From assembly GCA_964467325.1 (NCBI GenBank), contig CAYXSG010000001.1, positions 8,953 through 72,952 of the forward strand: a DNA stretch of 64,000 bases, read 5' to 3'. Under the pieces are notes generated by a model, which searched no databases, was not told the origin of the DNA, and worked only from the letters and a program-made list of their open reading frames with translations. Both the position numbers and the translations under genes were made by a program. Of this stretch, positions 47,473 to 57,684 are shown one piece after another (position 1 is the first letter of the stretch; every line of letters starts with the position of its first letter). The DNA comes from an uncultured Candidatus Saccharibacteria bacterium (lineage in GTDB: Bacteria > Patescibacteriota > Minisyncoccia > Phycocordibacterales > JAKAEA01).

Positions 47473-48081
47473 ATGATTACAACTGATCAGATTAAAGATC
47501 TAATAGACACCACTGGCGTGTCGGTGATGCAGTGTAAAAAAGCGTTGGAGGAAGCTGGCGGCGACACCGCGAAAGCGCTTATCATACTGCGAAAAATCAG
47601 CAAAGACGTAGCAACCAAAAAAGCCGACCGAAAGTTTGGTTCCGGCGCCATTCAGTCTTACGTTCACAGTAATGGTTCGGTTGGAGCAATGGTTGAGCTT
47701 TCCTGCGAAACCGATTTCGTGGCGAAAAACGAAGATTTCAAAAATCTGGCGCGCGACATTGCTATGCACATCACCGCAACCAACCCAGAGTTTTTGAAAG
47801 TTGATGACATCGACGCAGCTTCAAAGAAAACCGCGATGGAAGTTTTTGAAAAAGAAGTCGTTGGCCTGTCCGCGAAGGCGGGCAAAAAGCCGGAAGCCAT
47901 CAAAGCGCAAATTCTTGAAGGCAAGCTCAAAGCCTATTTCAAAGACAAAACTCTGCTCGAGCAAGATTTCATCAAGAATCCTGAAATGACGATTGCTGGC
48001 CTTGTAAACTCCGCCATTCAAAAGTTTGGCGAAAAAGTGGAAGTCGCGCGCTTTGTGCGCTTCTCAGTTTTAAGTAAATAA
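47473..48081 (+). CDS. tsf: Elongation factor Ts (short form)
   Basis: TG..VM.CKKAL, CETDFVA, AMHI.A, LLEQ.FI. Confidence 0.95.
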   Translation: MITTDQIKDLIDTTGVSVMQCKKALEEAGGDTAKALIILRKISKDVATKKADRKFGSGAIQSYVHSNGSVGAMVELSCETDFVAKNEDFKNLARDIAMHITATNPEFLKVDDIDAASKKTAMEVFEKEVVGLSAKAGKKPEAIKAQILEGKLKAYFKDKTLLEQDFIKNPEMTIAGLVNSAIQKFGEKVEVARFVRFSVLSK

Positions 48082-48082
48082 C

Positions 48083-48463
48083 ATGATATTATCATTTTCA
48101 ACATTTATATTATCAGGCTTGAGCATTGGCGTTTTCATGGGCTTGAAGATGCTTCAAGAAAAACTTGGCTTTCTTCTTTTCTGGCCAAACGCTCGTGCAA
48201 AATGCGAAAAGTTTCTTTCACATCTTTTCACCGCTGTGGCCGAATTTTTCCGCAGTTTCAACAAACAAACATTTTATATTGTTCTCCATTATTGCCTAAC
48301 TCACATCCGGACGTTCTTTGTTTATCTTCAGCACAAAATCGACAAGAAATTGGTACATTTGGTAAATCTTATCAAAGGCAAGAAAATGATTGAAACTTCA
48401 AGCCGAGCTTCGCGTTTTCTTTACGACATCAACCATTTCAAAGAGAAGTTCGGAAGGTATTAA
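48083..48463 (+). CDS. Hypothetical membrane-anchored protein
   Basis: N-terminal TM; IKG...S.FL..I C-terminus. Confidence 0.65.
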   Translation: MILSFSTFILSGLSIGVFMGLKMLQEKLGFLLFWPNARAKCEKFLSHLFTAVAEFFRSFNKQTFYIVLHYCLTHIRTFFVYLQHKIDKKLVHLVNLIKGKKMIETSSRASRFLYDINHFKEKFGRY

Positions 48464-48486
48464 AAGTGTGCTAATATAACTTCTGC

Positions 48487-48559
48487 GCCGCCTTAGCTCA
48501 GTTGGTAGAGCAATAGTTTTGTAAACTATAGGTCCCCGGTTCAAGCCCGGGAGGCGGCT
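48487..48559 (+). tRNA. tRNA-Thr(TGT)
   Basis: Acceptor GCCGCCT/AGGCGGC, D arm AGCTCAGTTGGTAGAGC, anticodon ATAGT-ttTGTaa-ACTAT; followed by CCG (no full CCA). Confidence 0.95.
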
Positions 48560-48577
48560 CCGAGACATTTTTAACCT

Positions 48578-49456
48578 ATGCTAAAGTTGAAAAATAAGAA
48601 TTGGTATTTGGTTTTGGCAGGCATGCTAGTTTTGGTCTTTATATTTTTCATTTTTGCTTTCAGTAAAAAGGAAAATGTAAATCAGACAGTCAATATTATT
48701 TTGTCGCCGCATTATGACGATGCGGTGCTTTCGCTTGGCGGCTTTATCACCAAGAATAAAGCTTCAGAGCCGATAATTGTCGCGACGTTTTTTACCGGCG
48801 CGCCGACAGTTGCAACGTCCACAGCTTGGGACATTGCTTCGGGCTTTAAGGATAGCACCGAAGCCGTGAAGGCTAGGATAGCAGAAAACGCCAGAGCACT
48901 TAATGGAAAAAATATTACGCTGGTTGATTATGGCTACTTAGACAATCAATATAGAAATCAAAGCGATGATTCTGATTTGCTAGCGCAAAATATTTCTAAG
49001 GATATTCAAGCGCTCATCGCGTCGCAAGCTGGGAATGTCAATGTGTACGGGCCGGCCGATTTTGGAAGTGGAATTACGCATCCCGACCACAAATTGCTTC
49101 ACGATGCGTACGTTGATAGCATTGCTTCTTTCCCAAAAACCAATGTCTCATTCTATTTCTACGAAGATTTTCCATACATAGAAAAGTTTAACGCTTCTTC
49201 AACGCATTCAATACAAAATTATCTTGAACAAGAAACCGGCTTTTTGCTCGAACCGACTCCAGTTTTGCTTTCAGACGGACAGCTGGCGGAAAAGGAATCG
49301 CGCATCGGAGCTTATGATTCCCAAATTAAAGCTTTAGACAAAAGTGAAGATGCTTCCGTTTTGGCGCGCGCTCACGATTTTTTCAAAAATCGTTGCGGCA
49401 ACCAAGAATCTATACAGGCGTGTGAGATGACCTACAAAGTTTTCATCGCGCCTTAG
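48578..49456 (+). CDS. PIG-L/LmbE family deacetylase, membrane-anchored
   Basis: SPHYDDAVLS.GG, R..E, HPDH, YED.PY, Y.SQ. Confidence 0.9.
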   Translation: MLKLKNKNWYLVLAGMLVLVFIFFIFAFSKKENVNQTVNIILSPHYDDAVLSLGGFITKNKASEPIIVATFFTGAPTVATSTAWDIASGFKDSTEAVKARIAENARALNGKNITLVDYGYLDNQYRNQSDDSDLLAQNISKDIQALIASQAGNVNVYGPADFGSGITHPDHKLLHDAYVDSIASFPKTNVSFYFYEDFPYIEKFNASSTHSIQNYLEQETGFLLEPTPVLLSDGQLAEKESRIGAYDSQIKALDKSEDASVLARAHDFFKNRCGNQESIQACEMTYKVFIAP

Positions 49457-50868
49457 TCTTTTCTGATTTTAAATATTGCCAGCTCGCAATTGCTATTTTT
49501 AGCTATGACGTCAAAAACGGCTTCTTCTTTGGCACGCAGCGCGCCCAACAAACTATCTTTGGCGTTTTGGCAAGAAGCTTCACTGGTGGCGCATGATGTT
49601 TGACAAGAATTGTTAACGAAATAATCGGTTTTATTTTCGTAGCGGCCATAAGCACTGAGTCCGTTTTCCCAATTCTCATAAATTTCGTCTAGCTTAACGT
49701 CCGAAAGGCCGACAATCATCGGGTAGTTTGTGACGACGTGAACGCCGGTCTTGTCGTCAAAGAAATGTTCGAATCTTGAAAAATCAGCAAATGAATCGGA
49801 TGTGCCGGAATATATTTTAACCAATGCGAATGACGATGCGGCAAAGTATGCAATTAGAATCACAAGAGCTGCCCTCGTCGGCGTGCCAGAAGGTTTTTTC
49901 TCCGCCGAGTACGCAATAGCATAACCAGCAAGTAGCACGGCGTAAGGAAGAAATGCAATGGCGTAGCGTACTTCTCGGTGATGGTTTTGCGAGAAATAGG
50001 CACCGACGATGACTAGGCAAAACGAAAGCAGGATTGTCGCTCTGTGAAATTTTAGGCGCTTCCAAAAAGGTGTAGCAATGAGAACCAAATAGCCAAAAAT
50101 AATGAACCAATTTTGTCTCAGAAGTTCTTTGGCGTAAAAGAAATAATCTCCGGTGTCTTGTTCGTTTGGAATACTGGCAACGCTTGAAGCAGTTTTGATT
50201 GGAAGAAGTGCGTCGCCGTAGAATATTTTTGAATAAATAAGAAACGGAACGATGAGTACGGACGTGCCAAGAATAAGCAAGCCGGCGCGTTTCATAAATT
50301 CCCGCCACGCTTTCGTTTCACAAGCTTCAACGAATAGGAAGCAGATGATGGGTGCAAAAGTTAAAGCATGTGGAAATCGGAACGTGAAAGCAATTGAAAC
50401 CATGAGGCCGGACCAAAACCAGCGCTTGTTGAGCGCGAACCAGACGGCCAAAAGCGACCAAAAAACCGAAGGAATGTCGGTAATCGGAATGGCGGCAAAG
50501 GAAAAGAAGACCGGCATGGCGGCGAGAATAAGAGCCGCAAAAGCGCCGGCGTATTTTTTCATGGACTCGCCAATCAAATATACGAGACAGAAAACGCCGG
50601 CGCTGAAAATGATTTCGAGAATTTTGCCGCAGAAGTTTGGATCTAAACCGAGTCGCCAAAATCCGCCTTGAATGAGCGGCCAAAGGTAAGGGCGCAACAC
50701 CTCAAACACACCAATGCGACCGTGCGTGTAAACAAACTTGCCAATACCGATGTATATGGACGCGTCCCACCATTCGAGTGCCGGCTGAAAAATGAGCCAA
50801 ACTCTCATGAGGAGTGCGGCGGCAAGTGTGAAAATAAAAATTCTTTTAGGACTTAGTGCTTGTGGCAT
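49453..50868 (-). CDS. GT-C (family 39/ArnT-like) glycosyltransferase
   Basis: Multi-TM; WWDASIY, RP.LWP, TDIPS, E.RY. Confidence 0.8.
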   Translation of the reverse strand: MPQALSPKRIFIFTLAAALLMRVWLIFQPALEWWDASIYIGIGKFVYTHGRIGVFEVLRPYLWPLIQGGFWRLGLDPNFCGKILEIIFSAGVFCLVYLIGESMKKYAGAFAALILAAMPVFFSFAAIPITDIPSVFWSLLAVWFALNKRWFWSGLMVSIAFTFRFPHALTFAPIICFLFVEACETKAWREFMKRAGLLILGTSVLIVPFLIYSKIFYGDALLPIKTASSVASIPNEQDTGDYFFYAKELLRQNWFIIFGYLVLIATPFWKRLKFHRATILLSFCLVIVGAYFSQNHHREVRYAIAFLPYAVLLAGYAIAYSAEKKPSGTPTRAALVILIAYFAASSFALVKIYSGTSDSFADFSRFEHFFDDKTGVHVVTNYPMIVGLSDVKLDEIYENWENGLSAYGRYENKTDYFVNNSCQTSCATSEASCQNAKDSLLGALRAKEEAVFDVIAKNSNCELAIFKIRKD

Positions 50869-51505
50869 TTTTTTGTTGAATTAATTTTTTTAATGCATCA
50901 AGGGATGTAAAACCTTCGTGCGTTGTTCCGTTCACTATAAGAAACGGCAGTTTTTCTGGCAGCGACTGGATGGAAGTGTAAGCTCTGAGTGCAGAAATAT
51001 CATTTTCATAGTCAAAAGAATAGATGTTGACCTGTGGCTGCGTTTGGCGGATAGCACCAAGCGCATATTCTTCTTGCGCACATTGGCTGCAGGTTGAGTT
51101 CTGTTCGTAAAAATAAATAATGGTTGGAATGGTGATGCCGCACTGCTTGGCGATTTTTTGATTGACTAGGTAATTTTTGATTTGCAAAAGGCCGAAGTAG
51201 CGCTTGAGGCGGAAAATGGTTTGGTCGTTGGCGCTCACTTGTTTTTCCATAAAGTCAATTCGCGCCGAGAGGTCGGACAGTTCGCCGGCCACAGAGTCGG
51301 TATTGATTTTTTCGCAGTCGGACTCTTTGAACAAATCGGTTTTTGTTTCAAGGGCGAAAATGTCGATGGCAATTTTATCCTCGTCATCTTTAATTCTTTC
51401 AGTTTTAGCACTGTTTATGGCGATACTAGCATAGAGTGCGGCGCAAACCACGCAAAGCGTGATTAGAAAAACGATGATGTAAATGTGAAGGGGAATGCGT
51501 TTCAT
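50846..51505 (-). CDS. Membrane-anchored thioredoxin-fold protein
   Basis: N-terminal TM; IYFY....CSQC; LP.LIVNG. Confidence 0.7.
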   Translation of the reverse strand: MKRIPLHIYIIVFLITLCVVCAALYASIAINSAKTERIKDDEDKIAIDIFALETKTDLFKESDCEKINTDSVAGELSDLSARIDFMEKQVSANDQTIFRLKRYFGLLQIKNYLVNQKIAKQCGITIPTIIYFYEQNSTCSQCAQEEYALGAIRQTQPQVNIYSFDYENDISALRAYTSIQSLPEKLPFLIVNGTTHEGFTSLDALKKLIQQKNATSTKS

Positions 51506-51514
51506 TTTATTTTA

Positions 51515-52762
51515 TTATCGCCAACTTTCGGTTCGGGAAAAGATTGTGTTCCAGATTGATTTTAAAACCCAGAGCGGTGAGATAAGCGGATAGAGGATGA
51601 GGTAGGCGAAAATGTGTCTGCCTGGTTTCATCGAACCTTCCACGAGTTTTTGTGCGTTCAGGAGAAGGAAAATGCTCAGGCATAAAACGACGGCGCTTAA
51701 GATGATACTGAGTTTCGCGCTCACGTAAAACCAGCTGAACGTGAAATGAGGAAGCAAGAAGCCGACAGTTTTCCACTGAATGATTTTTCGAAAAAGGAAT
51801 CTCACTGTTCGCCAAGCAATAAAGAAAAGAGTAAAGACCACTGCGATAATAAAAAGCAGAGCGGTGGGCAAGGTGAGAAGCGAAACGTTACCGTAGCGAG
51901 GATTTAAAAACATGCTTTTATAATCGCGGGCGTTTTCGAGGAAGCCGTGCGTCCAGCGTACGCGTTGTTTGTAGAGTTTGGCGAGTGTATTCGGTCCGAC
52001 GGTGTAAACCCAAGCGTGGTGAACGTTGCCGATTTTCATGTGGTTTTTCTGCATGCGAAAAGCCATTTCCATATCTTCAAGGTTGTGCGCTTTTTTAAAC
52101 GTGCCGATACGCTCGAAAACTTCGCGGCGGAAAATTGTAAACGGTCCGGGTGTGACGTGGATGGCACCGAGGAACGATTGCACTTTTTTCGCGAGAATCG
52201 CCAAGTAATATTCGGTGCGTTGGACCAGCTGGACAACCGAGCTCGGATTAAAAATCCGAATGGCCGGCGTAACCGCCATGGTTTCCGGTTCTTCTTCAAA
52301 TCGCTTCATGATTTTTTTGAGTGTCATTGAGTCAACAAATGAATCAGCGTCGAGACAGCCAATGAATTCCGATTGGCTCGCTTCAATGGCGGCGTTGAGC
52401 GCGGTAAACTTACCACCGTTCGGTTTATTGATTGCTTGGATGGATGGATATTTTGCTGCGTAAGATTGGATGATGTTCCAAGTGGCGTCGCTGCTGCCGT
52501 CGTTGACAGCGATCACGCTCAATTTGTCTTTCGGATAATCCAAATTGATGAGCGAATCAAGAGTTTTTCCGACTGTTTTTTCTTCGTTGTAGCAGGGAAC
52601 GATAATGGTCACGGTCGGATAATTTTTCAAATTGGCGCACGTTTCCAGCTTTTCTTTCTTGATTTCTCGCTGGCGGGAATAGAGCATCGTCAATATAAAA
52701 ATCTCCACGTACATCGTGACAAATAGAAAAAAGTACGTGACAATGTCTTGAAATATGGCCAT
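51515..52762 (-). CDS. Processive GT2 glycosyltransferase (PgaC/IcaA-like)
   Basis: VPCYNEE, NDGS, DADS, ED, QRVRW, C-terminal TMs. Confidence 0.9.
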   Translation of the reverse strand: MAIFQDIVTYFFLFVTMYVEIFILTMLYSRQREIKKEKLETCANLKNYPTVTIIVPCYNEEKTVGKTLDSLINLDYPKDKLSVIAVNDGSSDATWNIIQSYAAKYPSIQAINKPNGGKFTALNAAIEASQSEFIGCLDADSFVDSMTLKKIMKRFEEEPETMAVTPAIRIFNPSSVVQLVQRTEYYLAILAKKVQSFLGAIHVTPGPFTIFRREVFERIGTFKKAHNLEDMEMAFRMQKNHMKIGNVHHAWVYTVGPNTLAKLYKQRVRWTHGFLENARDYKSMFLNPRYGNVSLLTLPTALLFIIAVVFTLFFIAWRTVRFLFRKIIQWKTVGFLLPHFTFSWFYVSAKLSIILSAVVLCLSIFLLLNAQKLVEGSMKPGRHIFAYLILYPLISPLWVLKSIWNTIFSRTESWR

Positions 52763-52865
52763 AATTAAGGTCGGAATGTGGCTTTGAGTATAGCTCAAAT
52801 TGGGCGATTATTCAAGATTTCGCTCTGCCTTTATATTATTTCCATTTTGTTTATAATGAACCTAC

Positions 52866-53558
52866 ATGACTCCAGAAAATGGCCACTTACATCCAATCAC
52901 GCGCGCTATCCGAGAAATCCGGACGATTTTTGCCGAACTCGGTTTTGACATTGCCCTCGGACCGGAACTGGAAACCGAATTTTACAATTTTGACGCGCTC
53001 AATATTCCAGCCGACCATCCGGCGCGCGACATGCAGGACACTTTTTGGATTAAGAGCAGAGAACGAAAAGTTTTACGCACGCAAACTTCGCCGGTGCAGA
53101 TTCGTTATATGCAGTCTCATAAGCCGCCATTTCGGATTATTGTGCCAGGGAAAGTTTTCCGGAATGAAGCAACTGACTCAACACACGAAGCGCAGTTTCA
53201 CCAGATTGAAGGACTTTTGATTGACAAGGAAGTTTCGCTTGCTGAGCTCAAAGGCACTCTCCAATTTTTCTTCAAGAAATTTTTCGGGTCGGATGTGGAA
53301 ATTCGTTTTCGGCCAAGCTTTTTTCCTTTCACCGAGCCATCGGTGGAGGTGGATGTTTTTTTCCGAGGCAAGTGGCTGGAAGTGATGGGCGCAGGCTTGG
53401 TCAACCCTGTGGTTCTAAAATCTGCCGGCCTTGATCCAAAAAAGTGGCGCGGTTTTGCATTCGGCGCTGGTATTGATCGGCTGGTGATGGTCAAACACGG
53501 CATCAGCGACATCAGACATCTTTATTCTGGCGATTTGCGCTTGGTCAATCAATTCTAA
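52866..53558 (+). CDS. pheS: Phenylalanine-tRNA ligase alpha subunit (N-terminally short)
   Basis: GHLHP, HPARDMQDTF, FHQIEG, FPFTEPS, FGAGIDR. Confidence 0.96.
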   Translation: MTPENGHLHPITRAIREIRTIFAELGFDIALGPELETEFYNFDALNIPADHPARDMQDTFWIKSRERKVLRTQTSPVQIRYMQSHKPPFRIIVPGKVFRNEATDSTHEAQFHQIEGLLIDKEVSLAELKGTLQFFFKKFFGSDVEIRFRPSFFPFTEPSVEVDVFFRGKWLEVMGAGLVNPVVLKSAGLDPKKWRGFAFGAGIDRLVMVKHGISDIRHLYSGDLRLVNQF

Positions 53559-53570
53559 ATTTAAATTAAA

Positions 53571-55535
53571 ATGAAAGTTTCTTACAATCTTCTTCAAAGA
53601 TATTTCACGAAAAAATTGCCGCCGCCGGCGAAGGTCGCCGACCTGCTCACTTTTCACGCTTTTGAAATTGAAAGCATGGAAGAAAAAAATGGCGATACGA
53701 TTCTTGACGTAAAAGTGTTGCCGGACCGCGCGCATTACGCACTGTCTCACCGCGGCGTGGCGCGCGAGCTGTCTTTCATTTTAGACGAACATATGGACGG
53801 TCGGAATATTGCTTTGCCGGTCGTGCTCGATAAGCCGTCAAAAATTCTTGAACTCCAAATTGGCGACTCTCGATGCTTGCGCGACAGCGCGATTGTCATT
53901 GAAAATATTAAAAACGGCGCGTCGCCGAAGTGGCTCTCTTCGGTGCTCCAAAATCTCGGCGAGCGTTCCATCAGTCTCATTGTGGACGCAACCAACTACG
54001 TCATGCTCGACATGGGCCAGCCCTTGCACGCTTTTGATTTGGATAAGCTCGCGAAGCAAAATGGCCAAGTGAAAATTGCACTTAAAAAAGCCAAGCAAGG
54101 CCAAACCATTGCGCTTTTGGGCGGTAAAACTGCCACGCTCGACGATGATACTTTGGTTTTTGTCGATGCGAATAATAAAGACGCATTGCTTGATATTGCT
54201 GGTGTGAAAGGCGGGAAACTGGCCGAGATAGACTTGAATACGAAAAATATTGTGATGTTTGCCGCCAATTTTGATCCGTCTTACATTCGCAAAACTGCCA
54301 CGAGGCTTGGCGTTAAGAGTGACGCGTCCAAACGTTCGGAAAATGGCGTGCCGGTTGAACTCACTGTCGATGGCTTGATGCGCGCCACGGACATCATTCT
54401 AAACGAAAGTGCTGAAGCAAAAATTGAAGGCGTTGTAGATTTTTATCCGAAGAAAGCGCATGAAGTGAAAGTCTCTTGTTCGGTTTCAGAAATTAATGCT
54501 TTGCTCGGCGCCAATCTTACCGAAGAAGAATTTGAAAAAATGATTTTGCGGCTCCACATGACTTTTGAGAAAAAAGGCCAAGAGCTCCAAATTGCCGTGC
54601 CGTATTACCGGAAAGATATAAAAACCGTTGAAGATGTGGCGGAAGAGGTGGGACGAATTTATGGCTACGACAAAATCGCGCCGGTTTTGCCGAAAAAATC
54701 GGCGCACGTCATGCCAATAAACGTCGTCGCGTACTGGTCCGAAAAAATTAAAGATTGGCTCGCCGATGAGGGCTACAGCGAAGTTTTTACTTACAGTTTG
54801 GCTGATCAGGGTGAAGTGGAAATCCAAAATCCGCTGGCGGCCGACAAAAATTTTCTGCGGACGAATTTGCGCGAGGGGATTGAGAAAAGTCTCAAAGATA
54901 ATGCGCGCAATGCGCCACTCCTTGGTCTTTCGGAAATCAAAATTTTTGAAATCGGCAATGTGTTTGAAAAAGATATGTATGAGCATTTGAGCTTGAGCTT
55001 CGGCTACTGCGCTTTACCTTCCGCCAAAATGAAAGCTGGAAAAATTAAAGAGGCCAATTGGCAAGCGCTGGAAAATCTGGTGAAAAAGATTCAAACAAAA
55101 ATCGGCGTCGAAATGCAAGGTTTGATGGAAAGCACGGACTCCGGCGCGATTGTGGAGTTTAATTTAACAGCTTTGATAGACAAACTTCCCAAACCGAAAA
55201 TTTGGGACGTGCGCTCCGAATTTTCTCCTATTGCATACAAACCGTTTTCGCAATATCCTTTTGCGCTTCGCGACATTGCCGTGTTCGTGCCTGCCGATGT
55301 TTCCGAGAAAAAAGTTTTGGAAATTATTCTCAAAGAAGCTGGCGCGCTTCTCGTTCGCCACGATCTTTTTGATGTCTTTGAAAAAACTTTTCCCGACGGC
55401 GCCAAGAAAACTTCCTACGCTTTCCGCCTAGTTTTCCAATCCTTTGAGCGCACGCTAACCGACGAAGAAATCAACGCTGTAATGAAAAAAATCACCGACA
55501 CTTTAAACAGTCAGCCAAACTGGCAGGTAAGATAG
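53571..55535 (+). CDS. pheT: Phenylalanine-tRNA ligase beta subunit
   Basis: PDR...LSHRG.ARE, GQPLHAFD, D.AEEVGRIYGYD, RDIA, RTLTDEE. Confidence 0.95.
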   Translation: MKVSYNLLQRYFTKKLPPPAKVADLLTFHAFEIESMEEKNGDTILDVKVLPDRAHYALSHRGVARELSFILDEHMDGRNIALPVVLDKPSKILELQIGDSRCLRDSAIVIENIKNGASPKWLSSVLQNLGERSISLIVDATNYVMLDMGQPLHAFDLDKLAKQNGQVKIALKKAKQGQTIALLGGKTATLDDDTLVFVDANNKDALLDIAGVKGGKLAEIDLNTKNIVMFAANFDPSYIRKTATRLGVKSDASKRSENGVPVELTVDGLMRATDIILNESAEAKIEGVVDFYPKKAHEVKVSCSVSEINALLGANLTEEEFEKMILRLHMTFEKKGQELQIAVPYYRKDIKTVEDVAEEVGRIYGYDKIAPVLPKKSAHVMPINVVAYWSEKIKDWLADEGYSEVFTYSLADQGEVEIQNPLAADKNFLRTNLREGIEKSLKDNARNAPLLGLSEIKIFEIGNVFEKDMYEHLSLSFGYCALPSAKMKAGKIKEANWQALENLVKKIQTKIGVEMQGLMESTDSGAIVEFNLTALIDKLPKPKIWDVRSEFSPIAYKPFSQYPFALRDIAVFVPADVSEKKVLEIILKEAGALLVRHDLFDVFEKTFPDGAKKTSYAFRLVFQSFERTLTDEEINAVMKKITDTLNSQPNWQVR

Positions 55536-55600
55536 CTGGTTCAAATAAGGCAAATTTCACTTGGAAATAGAGCAGTTTTCTGATATAATAAGACCCACAT

Positions 55601-57679
55601 ATGGCAAAAACTGAAGAAAAAAAAGTGAAGAAAAATGGCTACAGTGCTGAGGATATTCAGGTTCTGGAAGGTTTGGAGCCGGTGCGCAAGCGCCCAGGCA
55701 TGTACATCGGCACCACGGGTCCCGACGGCTTGCATCATTTAATCACCGAAATTTTTGACAACTCCCGCGACGAAGCGATGGGTGGCTACGCGAACGACAT
55801 TGAAATTGCTCTTTTGCCAGGAAATATGGTGCGCGTTGTCGACAACGGCCGAGGCATTCCGGTGGATATTCATAAGCAGACGAAAGTTTCCGCGCTGGAA
55901 ACCATCATGACCACCCTTCATGCCGGTGGCAAGTTTGGCGGCGACGGCTACGCGGTGTCCGGCGGTTTGCACGGCGTCGGCGCTTCGGTCGTGAATGCGC
56001 TTTCCGAATTTACAAGTGTTCGAGTGCACCGAGACGGCGGCGAATATTTTCAAGAGTACGCGCGTGGCAAGCGCAAAGCTTTGGTTAAGAAACTCGGCGC
56101 GTCCAAACTTCACGGCACGATCACTTCTTTCATTCCCGACTTGGAAATTTTCAAAGAAATTAGTTTTGATTTCAACCGAGTTGTTACGCATATGCGCCAG
56201 CAAGCCTACCTCGTGAAAGGTTTGCGCATCAGCGTGATTGACGCGCGCGCTTATGCTGGGAAAATTGACGAGGCGTCAGTGTTCTATCTTCGCGAGCTTG
56301 GTCTCGAAGTGCCATCCATGTCTTTTTATTTCGAAGGCGGACTGCTTTCCTTCGTGGCTTTTTACAATCGCGTTTTGAAGCCGATTCACAAAAATATTTT
56401 TTACATTGAAAAGAAAACCAATGAGTACGAATCGGTGGAAGTGGCGCTTCAGTACGTGGACGACATTTCCGCGCGCATCCTGCCTTTCGCCAACAACATT
56501 TTCAACTCCGAAGGTGGCACGCACATCACCGGTTTCAAAACCGCGCTCACTCGCACGCTCAACGCTTACGGCCGCAAGAACGGTTTGATTAAAGAATCGG
56601 AGGACAATTTTACCGGCGAAGACGTTTTGGAAGGTTTGACTGCCGTGATTTCTGTGAAAATTCGCGAAATTCAATTTGAAGGTCAGACAAAAGCCAAACT
56701 CGGCACGGTGGAAGCGCGCGGCATGGTGGAAACGGTTTTCGGTGAAGCCTTTGACGCATTTCTGGAAGAAAATCCCGACGATGCAAAATCTATCATCAAT
56801 AAAGTGGTGCTCGCGCTCAAAGCGCGCAAAGCTGCAAAAGCTGCGAAAGATTCTGTGCTCCGAAAAGGTGCGCTAGAAGGCATGACTTTGCCGGGCAAAC
56901 TCGCCGACTGCGCGAGCGGCACCTCGGCAGAAGAATCTGAGCTGTTCATTGTGGAAGGAGATTCCGCCGGCGGCACGGCAAAAATGGGTCGCGACCGCCG
57001 CACCCAAGCCATCCTGCCTTTGCGCGGTAAAATTCTCAACGTGGAACGCGCGCGCTTGGACAAAATGCTCGGCTCGGAACAAATTAAAAATCTCGTGGTG
57101 GCGCTCGGCACGGCCATTGGCGACACTTTTGACATCAGCAAGCTTCGCTACCATAAAGTGATTATCGCCACCGATGCCGACGTGGACGGTGCGCACATTC
57201 GTACACTCATTCTCACGCTGCTTTACCGATTTTTCCGGCCGCTCATCGACGGCGGTTACATCTACATCGCTCAGCCACCGCTGTTCAAAATTAAGAAAGG
57301 CAAAGAAATTTTCTACGCCTACGACGAAAAAGAAAAAATCAAATTCGCCGGCGATGACGCGCCCACCTTGGAAGAAATCAGCGAAGACCAGGAGCCGAAT
57401 GAAGGCGACGAAAAAGCGGAAGACGAAGATGAAGCATCAGAAAAAGCTGTTAAGAGAGTTCCGAAAATTTCTGTTCAGCGCTACAAAGGTTTGGGCGAAA
57501 TGAACTCCGAAGAGCTTTGGGAAACCACGATGGATCCGAAGCATCGCGTCCTCAAGCGCGTCACTGTTTCCGATGCGCAAGACGCCGACAAAGTCTTTGA
57601 TATCCTAATGGGTACCGACGTTCCCGCCCGAAAATCCTTCATTCAATCCAACGCCAATAAGGCTAATATTGATATTTAA
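55601..57679 (+). CDS. gyrB: DNA gyrase subunit B
   Basis: VRKRPGMYIG, GGLHGVG, EGDSAGG, PLRGK, DADVDG, RYKGLGEM. Confidence 0.95.
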   Translation: MAKTEEKKVKKNGYSAEDIQVLEGLEPVRKRPGMYIGTTGPDGLHHLITEIFDNSRDEAMGGYANDIEIALLPGNMVRVVDNGRGIPVDIHKQTKVSALETIMTTLHAGGKFGGDGYAVSGGLHGVGASVVNALSEFTSVRVHRDGGEYFQEYARGKRKALVKKLGASKLHGTITSFIPDLEIFKEISFDFNRVVTHMRQQAYLVKGLRISVIDARAYAGKIDEASVFYLRELGLEVPSMSFYFEGGLLSFVAFYNRVLKPIHKNIFYIEKKTNEYESVEVALQYVDDISARILPFANNIFNSEGGTHITGFKTALTRTLNAYGRKNGLIKESEDNFTGEDVLEGLTAVISVKIREIQFEGQTKAKLGTVEARGMVETVFGEAFDAFLEENPDDAKSIINKVVLALKARKAAKAAKDSVLRKGALEGMTLPGKLADCASGTSAEESELFIVEGDSAGGTAKMGRDRRTQAILPLRGKILNVERARLDKMLGSEQIKNLVVALGTAIGDTFDISKLRYHKVIIATDADVDGAHIRTLILTLLYRFFRPLIDGGYIYIAQPPLFKIKKGKEIFYAYDEKEKIKFAGDDAPTLEEISEDQEPNEGDEKAEDEDEASEKAVKRVPKISVQRYKGLGEMNSEELWETTMDPKHRVLKRVTVSDAQDADKVFDILMGTDVPARKSFIQSNANKANIDI

Positions 57680-57684
57680 TTCGT

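Noticed and set aside
28906-48559. tRNA-anchored genomic islands with att duplications
   Set aside because: No duplicated tRNA 3' end or integrase found downstream of either tRNA by eye
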